From positions 5,270,001 through 5,334,000 of the forward strand of contig OX597819.1 in NCBI GenBank assembly GCA_951406725.2: a stretch of DNA of 64,000 nucleotides, written 5' to 3'. The DNA is from Octopus vulgaris (taxonomy: Eukaryota). The position numbers were made by a program, and so were the translations under genes. The notes beneath the pieces are model-generated. The model did not search any database, was not told the DNA's origin, and saw nothing but the letters and a program-made list of their open reading frames with translations. Of this stretch, positions 12,021-25,583 are shown one piece after another (the first letter of the stretch is position 1; each line of letters begins with the position of its first letter).

Positions 12021-12269
12021 TTTCATTCAGCATAAAAAAAAATTATATTCAAGGGAAAGAACTCTATTGTTATAGTTTTGGCAGGTACAGTGAAAGGCGA
12101 TTCAGTGGCGATGTTAGGATAAGATGGGATCATGTCGTGGTTTATTAACTATATTAGCCAGTTATTAATATTGTCTTATTCTAACGACATATTATTTTTT
12201 ATTAGGTTTTCTTAATACTTTACGTATTAAATATGTTAGCACTAACTCACATATTGGTAGACACCCACA

Positions 12270-12656
12270 AGATTATCCACCAGCTTTCTAACAATCTTGG
12301 GTACCTTTTTTGAATTTCATGTGAAATACTGGTGGACAAACTTACAAAATCAACAAAAAAAAAAAAAAAAATACAGCACCCATGACTTTTGAAAATATTT
12401 TTTCATGTTCAGAATTGCTGAAGCATAGAATAAACTGGCCACACCAGCTGTTAGTTGTCTGGACACTACATCCTTCAAATCTTCCATGCTTCCTGAAATT
12501 CACCAACAGCACATATGATGCCCTCCACCCTTTTTTTAAAGACTCATTAATTGGTCACTTCTTTTGCATATTCTCTGTAGTGTTCATGCAGTTGTGATTC
12601 CTTTTTCTGATGAGTTGTAGTGCACCTGAGCACTGTATACAATAAGTTCGTTATTA
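12270..12656 (+). mobile_element. CR1-like LINE family 2, 3' end, degenerate
   Basis: Homologous to 9092-9400 and 10290-10592, including GTTGTAGTGCACCTGAGCACTGTA. Confidence 0.7.
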
Positions 12657-13322
12657 TATACTGAAATATGTATGTAAGTCATATGAATAACACAGTAATT
12701 GTTAAAATAGAACAAGTTTGTGTCAGAAGGAATTTGTCATAAAGAACCAAGGGAAATTTGTGATTATGTAGAGAGGTCAGATGTGAAAATGTTATATAGC
12801 AGAGGATGGAGCTACATCAAGAGATGCTGTTCAGCAAATCTATTAACCCAAAACCAGTATGGAATGGCAGATGTTAAAAATTGTCACCTTTGTTGGACAA
12901 TTCTGTTCAAGTAGAAATATGACTGAATTATTTGCAACTAGACTTTAATAGTGATTCTTGTCTTCAGGGCCATCACTAAGCCCCTGCAACCCTTGCGGTT
13001 GCAGGGGGCCTCTGCAGTCGTGGGGTCCCATGTTAAGATCAAAGTACATAGATGAGCCATCTATTTACTTTGGTTAAGATGTTATCTGAAAATTTCAAAT
13101 CAGATAAAGAAAAAAGTACGTAAATAAATTTAAAAGAAATTGAAAAACTAGATGAAAAAGTCAATGAATTCCCTAGGGAGATAAAAGAAAAACGAAAGAA
13201 ATTCAAAACAATGAAAATAAGAACAACTTCAACAGAAAAGACAAGAAAAAGAAGCAATGGTGATGAAATGTAGGGGTTGTATACTTACACATGCAAACAT
13301 ACACACACAGGCATATGTGCAT

Positions 13323-13354
<32 letters not shown>

Positions 13355-13379
13355 ATGCATACATGCACACATACATACA

Positions 13380-13411
<32 letters not shown>

Positions 13412-13442
13412 CACAGAGAGAGAGCAAAGTGTACGTACACCG

Positions 13443-13488
<46 letters not shown>

Positions 13489-13717
13489 TGGTGTATGTAC
13501 ACTTTGCTCTCTTATATGTAAGTATATGTCTGTCTATCAGCCCTTTCACACTTATTCGTTCTTTCCACTCTTTGTTCTTCCCTTCCTCCTCTCTCACATT
13601 TCTTTGCCTTCTCTCCTTACTCACTTTCTCTCCACTTTTCACCATATATCTACACTTAAATATTCATCGCTTAAAAATCTTCAGTCTTTGCTTTCTTTCT
13701 GTTTATATGTACACATA

Positions 13718-14450
13718 CAGGGTCTTGCAGATAAATTGAGACTAATTTTTAGCAGTTGACTTAGTGGGTTTAATTTCATTCTTTGACAAAACCTTACTTG
13801 CTTGGAAATCTAATCTTTTTTATTTTTCAGGTAAATAGTGATTTCTAATTCAACAACAGAATTGTTCTGCCATTGTCAATAAAATTGTTAAGTTGAGAAA
13901 ACTTCCAGAAGCAACGGTTTTTCATGTGTATAAACAATTCAGAGAAGAGGGAAAAATTGATAGAAAAGAACACAAGACTTGAAGTGATTCCAAACGCAAT
14001 CCAAAGTTTCTTGCTGGCCTCAAACACTTGATTGAAGCTGACCCATCCACATCCAGGACAACTCTTGCAAAGAAATGCAGTGAATCCCTTTCCATGGTGT
14101 CCAGAGCTGTGAACAGGAATCTTGGCATGATTAGCTGTATTCAATGACACTGTCACCTCTTAACGGCCAAGGCTAAAGCAACCAGAGCTGAGTGATGCCC
14201 ATGGCTTCTATCATTAATCAAGTTTCAAGGTGCATGAAAAAATCTTGTGTTTGTGGATGAGAAGTTCACTGTGGATGCTGATGTGAATTGCAGAAATTCT
14301 CGAGTGATTGCATATATTTGGATCGTGGTGAGGGATGGAAGTGTTCACAGTCTGGCTTGAAGATTGGCACAAAGGGGTACCTGGACATTCTAAAGGACTC
14401 TCTGTTGTTTTGGATGGAGCAGAAATTTGGCCATGACAATCTGTATCCTG
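13718..14450 (+). mobile_element. Tc1/mariner (maT-like) transposase relic
   Basis: TA-CAGGGTC terminus; disrupted frame ATVFHVYKQFREEGKIDRK...LIEADPSTSRTTLAKK...LVFVDEKFTVDADVNCRNSR. Confidence 0.7.
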
Positions 14451-15373
14451 TCAATACTTGAAGTCTACATTTTTTTTTTATTTTACTGTAAACTCTATGT
14501 GTTTGTACTTAGCCATTTTCTGGTGTCTTACATATTGATGTGCTTTGTTTCTTAAGAAATCTTTGAAACTAATTTATATATATCACTATCATCATCATCA
14601 TTTAAAGTCCACCTTCCATGCAGGCATGGGTCTGGACAGTTTGACAGGAGCTGGCAAGCCAGAGAACTGCACCAGACTCTACAGTTTGTTTCATCTATAT
14701 ATATATACACACCCAGAATCACGTTAATACCTTAGGAGTAAAATTTAGGATTTCTTGGTTTTCTGTTGATCAATTTTCATAAAACTTTTCCCGGCTGGTT
14801 TGCACACTATAATAACACCATTACGATGTTTTCATTATTCTTTGTAACATCCTTTCTTTTTTATTTCAGATTCTTCAGTTTTTGGGTGAACCATGGTAAT
14901 AGCTTTTGAATGAAAATAGCCCATCTAGACATTTTTTTCCAGAAAATGAAGGAAAATGATACATATTAAGCGTACTTTGAGTAACAGAAAACCATAATAG
15001 TATTATAACATTTATTGACATAAACTATCAAGCCATATGAGCACCATTTTGACAGATAACTTCAAAATCCCTGTTAGTCATGGAATCTGTCAATTTCTTA
15101 ATAGTAGCAGGTTGGACTGCCTCTGCTACAGCTTTGATGGTCATCCATAAGATGTCTTTCATTGGCATAAACATCTTGTTTAATGATGGACCAAAGATTT
15201 TTGATAAGGGTGAGATCCAGAGATGCAGGTGGCCACACCATCAACCTTTCACCTTGTATGCTGTAAGATGCTAGTAATGTTTGGGTGGTCCTAGCAGAGT
15301 GAGAGGGAGCATTGTCATGCATGAATATGAGATTCCTTAGAAGTGATGGCAGTATGTTATCTAGCCAGGAATC

Positions 15374-16418
15374 TGTAGTGTAACTGATATCCACACTGAG
15401 AGACATATTAGGAATGATCTCGTGCTAGATAACAACCATGTTTGGCTAGTTTGACCCTGTTGTGTCCACTGCTGTAATTGGTTGGCATTGGCGTGGTTTG
15501 TCTCTTGACTTATTTTGCGTCAGTGTGTAAGCCAACCAATCAAGGCCTTCGGATAAGGTCTACTTCATTTGAGCCTACCCGAGGCTTTATAAGGCGCCAG
15601 CATTCACTATTCCAGGTCTTTTGGCTCTAGACCTTCTAAGGTCTAGTCACTGACCACAGAGCTACTCAGCCATGTTCCAGTTCTAGCGACAGACGACCAG
15701 CCAGCCATGATGATGCTAACTCACACCAGTGACAGACAGGACGTTCTCCATCTCCATCGCCCTCATCTCATCGTTGCCTTTCTCTGCTGCCACCATCACC
15801 ATCGTTGTCCTTCAACTCTACGTCGTTTCCATCTCCGTCGACTTCAGCAATATGTACATACCAACATTGTCCAGGTTTAAACTCCACGCTGTTATGAATA
15901 TTTCATTGAGGTAAACAGCTACAGTCTACCTGAAAGAATTTCCTGTATCAAGAGACTCAGCACGGCATTGAAGTCACAAACCACTGCACGACATGTGCCC
16001 AACCGGCATTCTGCCTCGTGACCCCAACATCTTGTTATAGAACTATTGCAATTGTGTACCTCATTTATGAACTGGTAAACTAATTCCATCTTAACTCAAT
16101 ATGCTGAGACATTCATCTTATGCGCTGTATTCTGTTTTATACGCATACACCTTCAGGCGTGTGCACAAACACACAGACACAAACACTTGTCGCATGCACA
16201 CAGATGCAACACTTTGCTAGCACTCACACACACTCTTTTTGTACACTTTGTAAATAAAGTCTTCTTCTCTCTCAAACAGTAGAACGGTTGTTGTCCTCAT
16301 TTATTTCTTTTGACACTGTATTTTATATTATGTATTTGGCTTCTTATTTTGTTAGGGGTGACCGTGCGGTGTTCAAAAGGAGACATTCGTCACCCACTCC
16401 TTATTCGTATTTCCTACA
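15374..16418 (+). mobile_element. Solo LTR inside the Tc1 transposase
   Basis: TGTAG...CTACA termini; 4-bp TSD AATC (15370-15373, 16419-16422); TATA-like and AATAAA motifs; the transposase sequence continues on both sides. Confidence 0.8.
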
Positions 16419-16572
16419 AATCCAAAGCCTCCTTCAGGAAATTGCAGTAGGTGGCTGCGGTCACTTTAGCCCCTTCAGGCACCCTGACTGGGCCACCAAA
16501 TCTGTCAACAATGATATCAGCCCACAACATGACTCCTCCACCCTGTTGTTGACATTGTAAATATTTGGTAGA

Positions 16573-16790
16573 AGGCGGCGAGCTGGTAGAATCGTTAGCA
16601 CGCCGGGCGAAGTGCTTAGTAGTATTTCGTCTGCGGTTACGTTCTGAGTTCAAATTCCGCCAAGGTCGACTTTGCCTTTCATCCTTTCGGGGTCGATTAA
16701 ATAAGTACCAGTTATGCACTGGGGTCAATATAATTGACTTAATCCCTTTGTCCCCTCTGTGTTTAGCCCCTTGTGGGTAGTAAAGAAATA
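16573..16790 (+). mobile_element. SINE family C inside the Tc1
   Basis: GGCGGCGAGCTGGTAGAATCGTTAGCAC...GCCTTTCATCCTTTCGGGGTCGA; TSD-like GTAAATATT(T)GGT on both sides. Confidence 0.85.
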
Positions 16791-17491
16791 GTAAATATTG
16801 GTGATGCTCATCTCCAAAATAGACCCAGCCATTTTCCCAACTGTCAGGTCCATCCAGAGTCACCCTGGTTTCATCACTGAAGAGAATACAACTCATGTCT
16901 AATGTCATATACTTTTGGGCCCATTGAAGCCTCAAACTCCTGTGATGGGGCATTAAAGGAAGCAGTTTCATGGGTTCTTGCATGGAAGCTATGGCCCTTA
17001 GGATACAAATTCTGGTGGTTTTCAGTACATGAGGAAATCCGGAGGCAGTGAAAATAGCTTCGCTTGTTTATCCAGGTTTCCCACATAACCTGCAGCCAAC
17101 ACTCCTTAAATTCTCAGCTGTTACAGTCAGATCATTTCTTCCTTGGTGAAGGGTCCTTCAGGAACTGTCTAACCATGTCCAAATGACAACCTAACTTCTC
17201 TGCAATGACATGCAGAGAAGTTGCTCTAGCACTTCCCTTGATGATGACAGACTATTTTTCATCATTAACAACTTTTCCACATCCCATTGTTCTTAGAGAG
17301 GAGAGAGGCTATCAGCATGGTTCACCCAAAAACTGAAGAATCTGAAATGGAAAAGGATGTTACACAGAATAATAAAAACATAATAATGGTATTGACATGG
17401 TGTGCAAACCTGCTCTGAAAAGTTTTATTAAAATCAATTCACAGAAAACCAAGAAATCCTAAATTGCACTCCTAAGCTATTAGTATGGTTC

Positions 17492-17524
<33 letters not shown>

Positions 17525-17525
<1 letters not shown>

Positions 17526-19816
17526 AGTTCAGCAAAATTTAGATTCAAATGAATATGGTACTTAAGTCAGATGCACCAGAATTTTGTATGGTGTTATCCA
17601 TATAAATCCTTGGGGTGATTATAATCAAAGTAAGCAACAAGAATATCTTCGGTAATTTGGTATGATCGTTTCACGCTACATCATTTTATTAAACATTATA
17701 TGTATTACATCAGTTTTAAAATGTTGAGCAATCATCAGCCATTCATAGAGGTTTTCCATCAATACATATACTTATTTCCATGTTAATTGATAACATTATA
17801 AAGATGGTAGATATACAGACAGAGAGGTTGATTTGAATGTTAAGAACATTAAGGTGTTAGAATTTATCTTCTGACTGTAGATTTTTTTTTGTTATTTTGA
17901 TCTGCTAGTGAGTGAGGAGGGATATATTCGGTTGAATGGAGACAAAAGAGTTTTTCTATTTATAGATATAGGAAGGGGTGAAATGAATGTCAAAAGTTAT
18001 TCCTGATGAAGTTAAAGTGGTAGGGGGATTATAGACTAGTATTGTCTTAGAGGTTGTTTACTACTATTTAGCACTCTGATTTTTATCAGGAAAACTAGGC
18101 CAATACTAAATAGTCACAATAACCATCTTTATACTACATGGTTATAGAAAATATAGAGGTTCTTTTACACTTATACAAACATATACATATATGCATCCGC
18201 ATTAATATATACGATCATACTTGGCTAGTAAGTGGTGATTATTTCGATAAGTTGGATTAAAAGAGAATGTTAGATCTAATATTTACTAAGTTTGGAGAAA
18301 AAACCTATTATTTATTTAGTATATATATTATGAGTAGGTATAATATTCAATAACCGTGGACAAAAGTCTTATTAATTAAGTGTATACATTAGGAGTTAAT
18401 AATATATATTAGAAAAAATGGAAGAGGAGTTATCATGATGTGTAATTTTCTTAGATTTAGTAGATGGTGATTTGTTATTAATGAATTAAATTAAAATAAT
18501 CTGTTAGACATAATATTTACTACCTGCAGAGAAAGGCTAATTAGTTAGGTAAAAGTATCCAGGGTCAATAATATATATTAAAAAATGGAAGTGAGGTAAT
18601 CAAGATGAACTGAGTAATTTCTTTAGATACATAGAATTTTTTCTATATAATATAGGAGATAATCAAAAAAAGAAAAAAAGAAAAAAGAGAGAGAGAGAAT
18701 TTAATTCTATATATGCAATGAAGTTTCTTATTAATCTATGCAAGTTGAATAAAAGCTAGTATGGTATAAACATTTTTATTTGGTTATAATGGATTAGGAT
18801 TTGAAAATTTAGGAATGGTCAGAATATTATCATTTAAAATATTTAAACGTACGGGTTGTGCGATGCATGCAAGATAAAACCTAGTTCAGAACGGTTATTT
18901 AACAAATTTGTATTATTCCAATGTTTTAAAATTTCATATATTTCCATAGAACAAAGTTGACAACCATCTCTACTATTTTTATAAGGCTGTACCTTTCTTA
19001 CTATATCCCATTTCAGGTTAAATTCGATATTTTTTTCTTTCAGTTCCCAAATTTTACTGGACAGTGTTGTGCAACCTGCCTTATATTTATTTAAGCCTAA
19101 AGGAGGAAATATGATTGTTCAAACGCTTTTTTTAAATCCACCGAACAACCGAAATAAAGATAGCTATTATGGAGGGGATAATTCATGGTATTAGTATCCT
19201 TTAGAGACAATCCATCTTCATTTTCGTTACTAGAGCTATTATTAGTATTAGTGTTGTTTCCCCTATCTATAGTTATATTGTTATATAAATTAGGGTTGCT
19301 AGTTATTAATTTTTTCCCACTTTTCTCACATATCACATCTTTATTTTTATTATTTATATCATTGATGTTATCATTATCACTGCCATATCACAATCTGCCA
19401 TATATATTCGTAGAGATCGCTTAGTTGAAGGGGATATTTAACCATATAGCATTTTTTTTTTTGTATTTTTTATTTGAGTAAGGGTGGGAAAGATTAATGT
19501 TATCTATATTCTTTCGAGATTCGTTATTCACTATAGTCTTATATATATTATTCTAATATATATTATTAACTCCTAATATATACACTTAATTAATTATTAA
19601 TTATTGAATATTATGCCTACTCATAATATATATACTAAATAAATAATAGGTTTTTCTCCAAACTTAGTAAATATTAGATCTAACATTCTCTTTTAATCCA
19701 ACTTATTAAAATAATCACCACTTACTAGCCAAGTATGATAGTATGTATTAATGCGGATGCATATATGTATATGTTTGTATAAGTCTAAAAGAATCTCTGT
19801 ATTTTCTATAACTATG
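17525..19816 (-). mobile_element. Decayed Penelope-like retroelement (GIY-YIG C-terminus, inverted 3' copy, hammerhead)
   Basis: 18840-19170 with frameshifts: YFGCSVDLKKRLNNHISSF...TTLSSKIWELKEKNIEFNLKWDIVRKVQPY...CQLCSMEIYEIL...LLNNRSEL; inverted repeat 18137-18414 / 19551-19816. Confidence 0.75.
17658..17741 (-). ncRNA. Type-I hammerhead ribozyme relic in the Penelope 3' region
   Basis: TGG CTGATGA [long AU-rich helix II] GAA ACGATCAT A CCA; helix III is one change from the palindrome ACGATCGT. Confidence 0.6.
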
Positions 19817-20709
19817 ATATATATATACATACATACATACATACATATATATATATATATAAACATATATACATATATATATAACAAATTAATAAATAAA
19901 ATATATGCATATATACATACATATATGTACGTACCTACCTCTATATGTATATATACATGCATATATGGGTACAGGACACCAAAAAAACGTTGAACACAAT
20001 GAGAAACGAAAACATAAACACAAAACCAAGGAAATGGACATTTTTCTTAAACAACGAAAAGATAGAGTACAAGACATACAAGACAAGGACCATTCCCCTT
20101 CTTCTGTCGCCATGGTTTCATCTACTCCGCAAAACTATTATAAAATAGTTTGATATTGAGTTGAATGTTGTCTGTTCATTTAATTAAATCACATGCTTGT
20201 TCCCTTAAACACTATTCTTGTTTTCTACTATTTAAAAAAGCAAAATATTTATTAAACAATTTCCACATTTATTAAAATAAACAAGTGATCACAGGGAAAG
20301 AAAGAATAAAAGAGGAAGAAAAACTGTTTCTATAAATTGTTTCTATAACAATTTATTCTGACTCTCAATCATTCTGTTATTTGACACCGTCACAAATTAT
20401 ATCACTTACATGCCTGTGAGTGTTTGTGTTTGTGTGTGAGTGTGTGCACGCGAATGTGCGTGCATGTGTGTGTGTGTGTGTGTGAGAGAGAGAGGGGGGG
20501 TGAACTGCCATGAACATTTAGCATATTTTGTTTTGAATTTTTTTCATTTGGAAATATATTTTGAATTTTTAATTTTTACAGCAAAAATTTGCTTTTTCAT
20601 TTCTATCAAAATACATGGAACTCCAACCAGTGAAACCTTCCTCTGCCCCTCACTCTATTGTTTTTTTTATGCTTCCACTTTCTCTCAATCACTTCTACCC
20701 CATATGTCA

Positions 20710-21063
20710 TCTTTATATATAAAAGAGAGGTTGTGTGCTGTCTGTCTCCTACGATTTAGATTCCTAACTACTCCCACATTTTGCGGTGCAGTTTAACCAA
20801 AACCGGGTATCTTATAGTCGTGATTCATATCGAGCCCTTCTGGGTATTAGCGCGCGTCTACGATGAGTCTACGATTTTAAAAAAATTTACCATCAATTTT
20901 TCACATTTTTGGCATATATAAGGGAAGTAACTCTCTAAAAATTTATTATTAAATCTCAGAACGTAAAAAGCTACAGTAACCCCCCCCCCTTTGTGGTTAG
21001 CCATATTGAGATGGGGTGGGGTGTTACTGTAGCTTTTTACGTTCTGAGATTTAATAATAAATT
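20710..21063 (+). mobile_element. Helitron family 1, 3'-truncated
   Basis: A|TCTTTATATATAAAAGAGAGG start; ends in a short internal inversion; a minus-strand 3'-end fragment lies at 21309-21412. Confidence 0.8.
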
Positions 21064-21200
21064 CACTTACAAAGAATTAATCAGCCTTGTGGGTAAGAAA
21101 ACACTTACCCACGGGCCATTCTGTGGGACCCAGTCAGAAACTATATGGTTGTGAAGCAAACTTCTTAATTACACAGCCATACACACACACACACAGCCAT

Positions 21201-21279
<79 letters not shown>

Positions 21280-21524
21280 CATGCACACAAACACACATGT
21301 ATAAGAAACTAGCAGTATCGCCCGGCGTTTTGATTTGATTTTGATTTTTCCAGTTTCAGCTTGTTCGTGTTTGTAAGGGAAATAACTATATAAGCATTTT
21401 TAGAGATGTAAAGAACTTGGTTTACAGAAACTATATAAAGGCTATCATGAGTGTATGTATATATATATATATATCACATCAACATGGGAAACAGACATTA
21501 AATAAATGAATGATGATGATGATG

Positions 21525-21581
<57 letters not shown>

Positions 21582-22212
21582 ATATATATATATATGTGTG
21601 TGCACATGTGCAAGTATGTTTGTTTACATTTATTTGAAGGATTGCAGATATTGGTGTCATCTGTTGAGAACTTCCTGTAAACAAAGCTTTCAAAGACATG
21701 TGAAATAGGTTATTCTTTTCATGGAAGAACAGCAAATATTCCAAACTTATGAAAACAAGACTTTCGTACTACAGAGTCAGAGCCGGTTTCAGCCAGGTTG
21801 GTAACGAAAGGGTTAAAGAGGACAGGTCTGGAGAGAAAAATAGAGAAGGACAGAGGAAGTCAGGAGCTAAGTGATGTGAGCCACAAAGCATGATGTTAGG
21901 CGAATTCTTGTATTCAGTTGAGGCTCTGCATTTACAAATGTCAAAATGATGAACTGTAAAGCAAAGTGCCTACACTAGCACATTCAGCACTTTCACAGGA
22001 ATATTATTGTTTTCCAGTGAAAAAAACTATTACTAGAAACAGAACTTCTTGATATTACTCTATTGTTTTAGCTTGGACTATCATGTCTGATACACGCTTT
22101 TAACACTAAACACACGATGAATCAAAAACGAGACATTAGTTTTCTCATTCATCCATTTATCTTATTTTTAAGGGACAGTAGTCCCTTATAATTAAATCCA
22201 GTGAGTTTATAT

Positions 22213-22422
22213 ACTCTTTTACTCTTTTACTTGTTTTCAGTCATTTGACTGCGGCCATGCTGGAGCACCGCCTTTAATCGAGCAACTCGACCCCGGGACT
22301 TATTCTTTGTAAGCCCAGTACTTATTCTATCAGTCTCTTTTGCCGAACCGCTAAGTGACGGGGATATAAACACACCAGCATCGGTTGTCAAGCAATGATC
22401 GGGGGACAAACACAAACACACG

Positions 22423-22514
<92 letters not shown>

Positions 22515-22680
22515 TACGACGGGCTTCTTTCAGTTTCCGTCTACCAAATCCACTCACAAGGCTTTGGTCGGCCTGAGGCTATCATAGAAGACACTTGCCC
22601 AAGGTGCCACGCAGTGGGACTGAACCCGGAACCATGTGGTTGGTAAACAAGCTACTTACCACACAGCCACTCCTGCACCT
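22213..22680 (-). mobile_element. SINE family B, full length, expanded internal microsatellite
   Basis: Same head, CORE-like centre and tail as 8276-8677. Confidence 0.9.
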
Positions 22681-23273
22681 ATATATATATAGTCACCAAA
22701 CCTTAGTCACAATTTATGTTCCTGACACCAGCTGAATGATAACTAAGTTATTTTACTAAATTCTTTGTTATGTTTAAAGTAATTGAAAGAAACACAGAGC
22801 ATCTCAAAATAAATACAGTAAAGAAAGGGTTAAATATGTTCTAGAACAAATCTCATTGAACAGATCTGTGATAAGTTCCTTACTCAAAAATCTGGCAGCT
22901 GTTTACGTGTAAATTTTATTGGTCAGATATTTGCCAAAACTCCATCTATTGTTTACCAGAAATTTTTTTAATTGAAAAACAAGTCTGAGGTTTAAATCAA
23001 AGTGTAGACCTGTTATACACCTCTGAGAAAGACACATAACTCTGCTTGCCACAGTTTGACTAACAACAGTCTCCACTTGTATTCCAGAACTGAGTTGTTA
23101 GTTATAAAGTATCCAACTGTTAAGACAATTATTTTAACAATATGCAAATATCTTACTGTGGAAAACATCATTAGAGCTGTGATAACATGAAAAACGAATG
23201 TAAACATCATTAAATGAGATAAAATGTACTTAAGGTGATTATAAATCCTTAATACAGTATTTCTGTCTGTAAA

Positions 23274-23560
23274 TCATCATCATCATCATCATCGTTTAAC
23301 GTCCGTTCTCCATGCTAGCATGGGTTGGACTGGGGATCTGGGAAGCCAGAAGGCTGCACCAGGCTCCAGTCTGATCTGGCAGTGTTTCTACGGCTGGATG
23401 CCCTTCCTATCGCCAACCACTCCGTGAGTGTAGTGTGTGCTTTTTATGTGCCACTGGCACAGGTGCCAGGCGAGGCTGGCAACGGTCACGGTTGGATTGG
23501 TGCATTTTACGTGCCACCTTCACGGAAGCCAGTCGAGGCGGCACTGACATCAGCCAAGGC
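23274..23560 (-). mobile_element. RTE 3' UTR copy with (GAT)n tail
   Basis: CATCATCGTTTAACGTCCGTTCTCCATGCTAGCATGG plus two stem-loop units. Confidence 0.85.
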
Positions 23561-24337
23561 CTGGTTAATGAAAGAAGATAGTATAATCTCTACTTCCGTA
23601 AACTTTTGATACATCAGCAGCTGTACTTCATTTGGCAAAATATAAATAGACATGTTAAGATGCAAAACTAGTTTCTAGTAAATATTCATTATTTCTCATT
23701 TTCTTTATTATATCATAATTTTTACAATTAGCTGTAAATGCATTGAGTAGTATAAATATATTTGAATGTTACCATGTGTTTAAGACACTTTTGTTGAGCT
23801 AATACTTCTGCTAATTTGTCATTGGTAATCAATAAGGAAAATAAAACTCTTTAGATTGTGCTTTTGTTATTGACATTTTGAAAACTGAGCTTTGTGGTCT
23901 TCTTTGAAAAGGTCCTGATATGTAAACAAACCAAACAAGTGTGAAGTTGTGGGAAATTGATTACTGAATTACAAGAAATTCAAGAGAACCACTTCAGTTG
24001 TAGATAGAGGAAGTAATTGACATATAGCAATATCTCAACAAGAAGGTAAGTGTTTATCCATTCCAAAAACATGTTTGTGTAAATGTATACGTTGTTATTG
24101 AGAGGCTGTATTTTATTATAAAGTATTGCATTAATTCTCTTATCAACATGGAAAATTGTTGCTGAATAATGCAACCAAGCAATTTCTAATCTGTCTCCTT
24201 TGATTTCTTATTTAAATTTCTATCTCCCTACCACTTCTTGAGAAAACGTTCTGCTCAAATCATAGACTTTTCTTCTTTCTCATGCATAACATTTATTCTG
24301 CTCTTTGAGTTATTCCTATTGATTTTTACCGATACTA

Positions 24338-25583
24338 TAGGGTGTGGCAGAAAGGTTGCTCCAATTTCAAAGGTTAATAAAAAACAAACACATGAAGATA
24401 CAAGAAAAAACTTTGTAATTTCTGTGAAGTACATTAAATGCCATTGTTATTCAAGTGGTTTTTAAAATTCTATCACGTAAGCGGTGACTGCCAACGTTGA
24501 TGCAGTTTTGAAGTCTCTCTCGAAAGTTAACCATAGCCCTTTGAACCATGTCCTGTGGAATCGTAATGATTTCCTGAGTTGTTGCTGCCTTTAAATCTTC
24601 TACAGTTGCTGGACGGTATTGATACACTCATGATTTGAGGTGCCCCCACAGAAAAAATCACACGGGGTTAAATCTGGGGAATGAGGGTTATTGTCCAACC
24701 AGTATCGAAAGTTTTGTTTATTTACCATTCCCTGATAAATGGAAGTGTGCTTCATCACTGCAGACCAGAATAGCTGTTGGGAGGATGGTCTGGAGAATGT
24801 CTCAACACAAATTTGTGCGGGTTTCATAATTCCTCTCACTTAACACCTGTACGACCATTATCTTGTAGGGGTGCATGTGAAGAGACTTGTGTAAGATTCT
24901 GCAGACACTTTGATCAGACGGCGAGCTGGCAGAAACGTTAGCACGCCGGGCGAAATGCATAGCCGTATTTCGTCTGCTGTTATGTTCTGAGTTCAAATTC
25001 CGCCTAGGTCGACTTTGCCTTTCATCCTTTTGGGGTCGATAAATAAAGTACCAGTTATGCACTGGGGTCGATTTAATCGACTTCATCCATTTGTCTGTCC
25101 TTGTTTGTCCCCTCTCTGTTTAGCCCCTTGTAGGTAGTAAAGAAATATATATAAGGTAGATGTGTGTTTTCAAGTGGAACATCTGGGAGACTGCTACATT
25201 GAAGCTACCACAGCTCTGACATTTTCTGGCCTTGTAGCAGTCCTAGGATGGCCAGGACTTTTCCTGTTTAAAGCTGATGATGTTTGTCTAACATTGGAAA
25301 CCCACCCACAAATTGTTTCACCATCTGGTACAGGATTATGACGATGAAGCACAAAGTGGCATCAGAATGAACGTTGCATCGTTATGATGGATTCACCATT
25401 CTTAACAAACTCTTCAACAACAAATACACAATGCTCTCCACTCCAGGCCATGGTAGGAACTACCTGAAACAGAAAATGTGGCATTTAATGAACTTCATAG
25501 AAATACAAAGTTTTTTCATGCATCTTCATGTGTTTGTTTTATATTAACTTTTGAAATCCGGGCACCCTTTCTGCTGCACCCTG
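24338..25583 (-). mobile_element. Tc1/mariner relic with TIRs of about 105 bp and TA TSD
   Basis: TA-TAGGGTGTGGCAGAAAGG ... CCTTTCTGCTGCACCCTG-TA; motifs SLHMHPYKI, VNKQNFRYW, SPDLTPCDFF. Confidence 0.85.
24917..25147 (+). mobile_element. SINE family C inside the Tc1/mariner relic
   Basis: Near-identical to 16573-16790. Confidence 0.85.

Larger units (their letters stand above)
14714..17493 (-). mobile_element. Tc1-like transposon with long TIRs (about 190 bp), disrupted by two insertions
   Basis: TIRs 14714-14903 and 17309-17493; ILFSDETRVTLDGPD, GGGVMLW, FMHDNAPSH, WPPASLDLTLIKNLW. Confidence 0.9.

Noticed and set aside
12607-12640. CTGATGAG hammerhead core
   Set aside because: No downstream GAAA or helix II; part of a CR1 3' UTR.
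19968-20130. TA-associated fragment with GAAAC and CAGAAGA on the minus strand
   Set aside because: The core is mutated and the helices cannot be closed within the fragment.
23013-23266. Hydrophobic minus-strand ORF as a host exon
   Set aside because: No recognisable homology, and the putative acceptor abuts an RTE tail without a pyrimidine tract.
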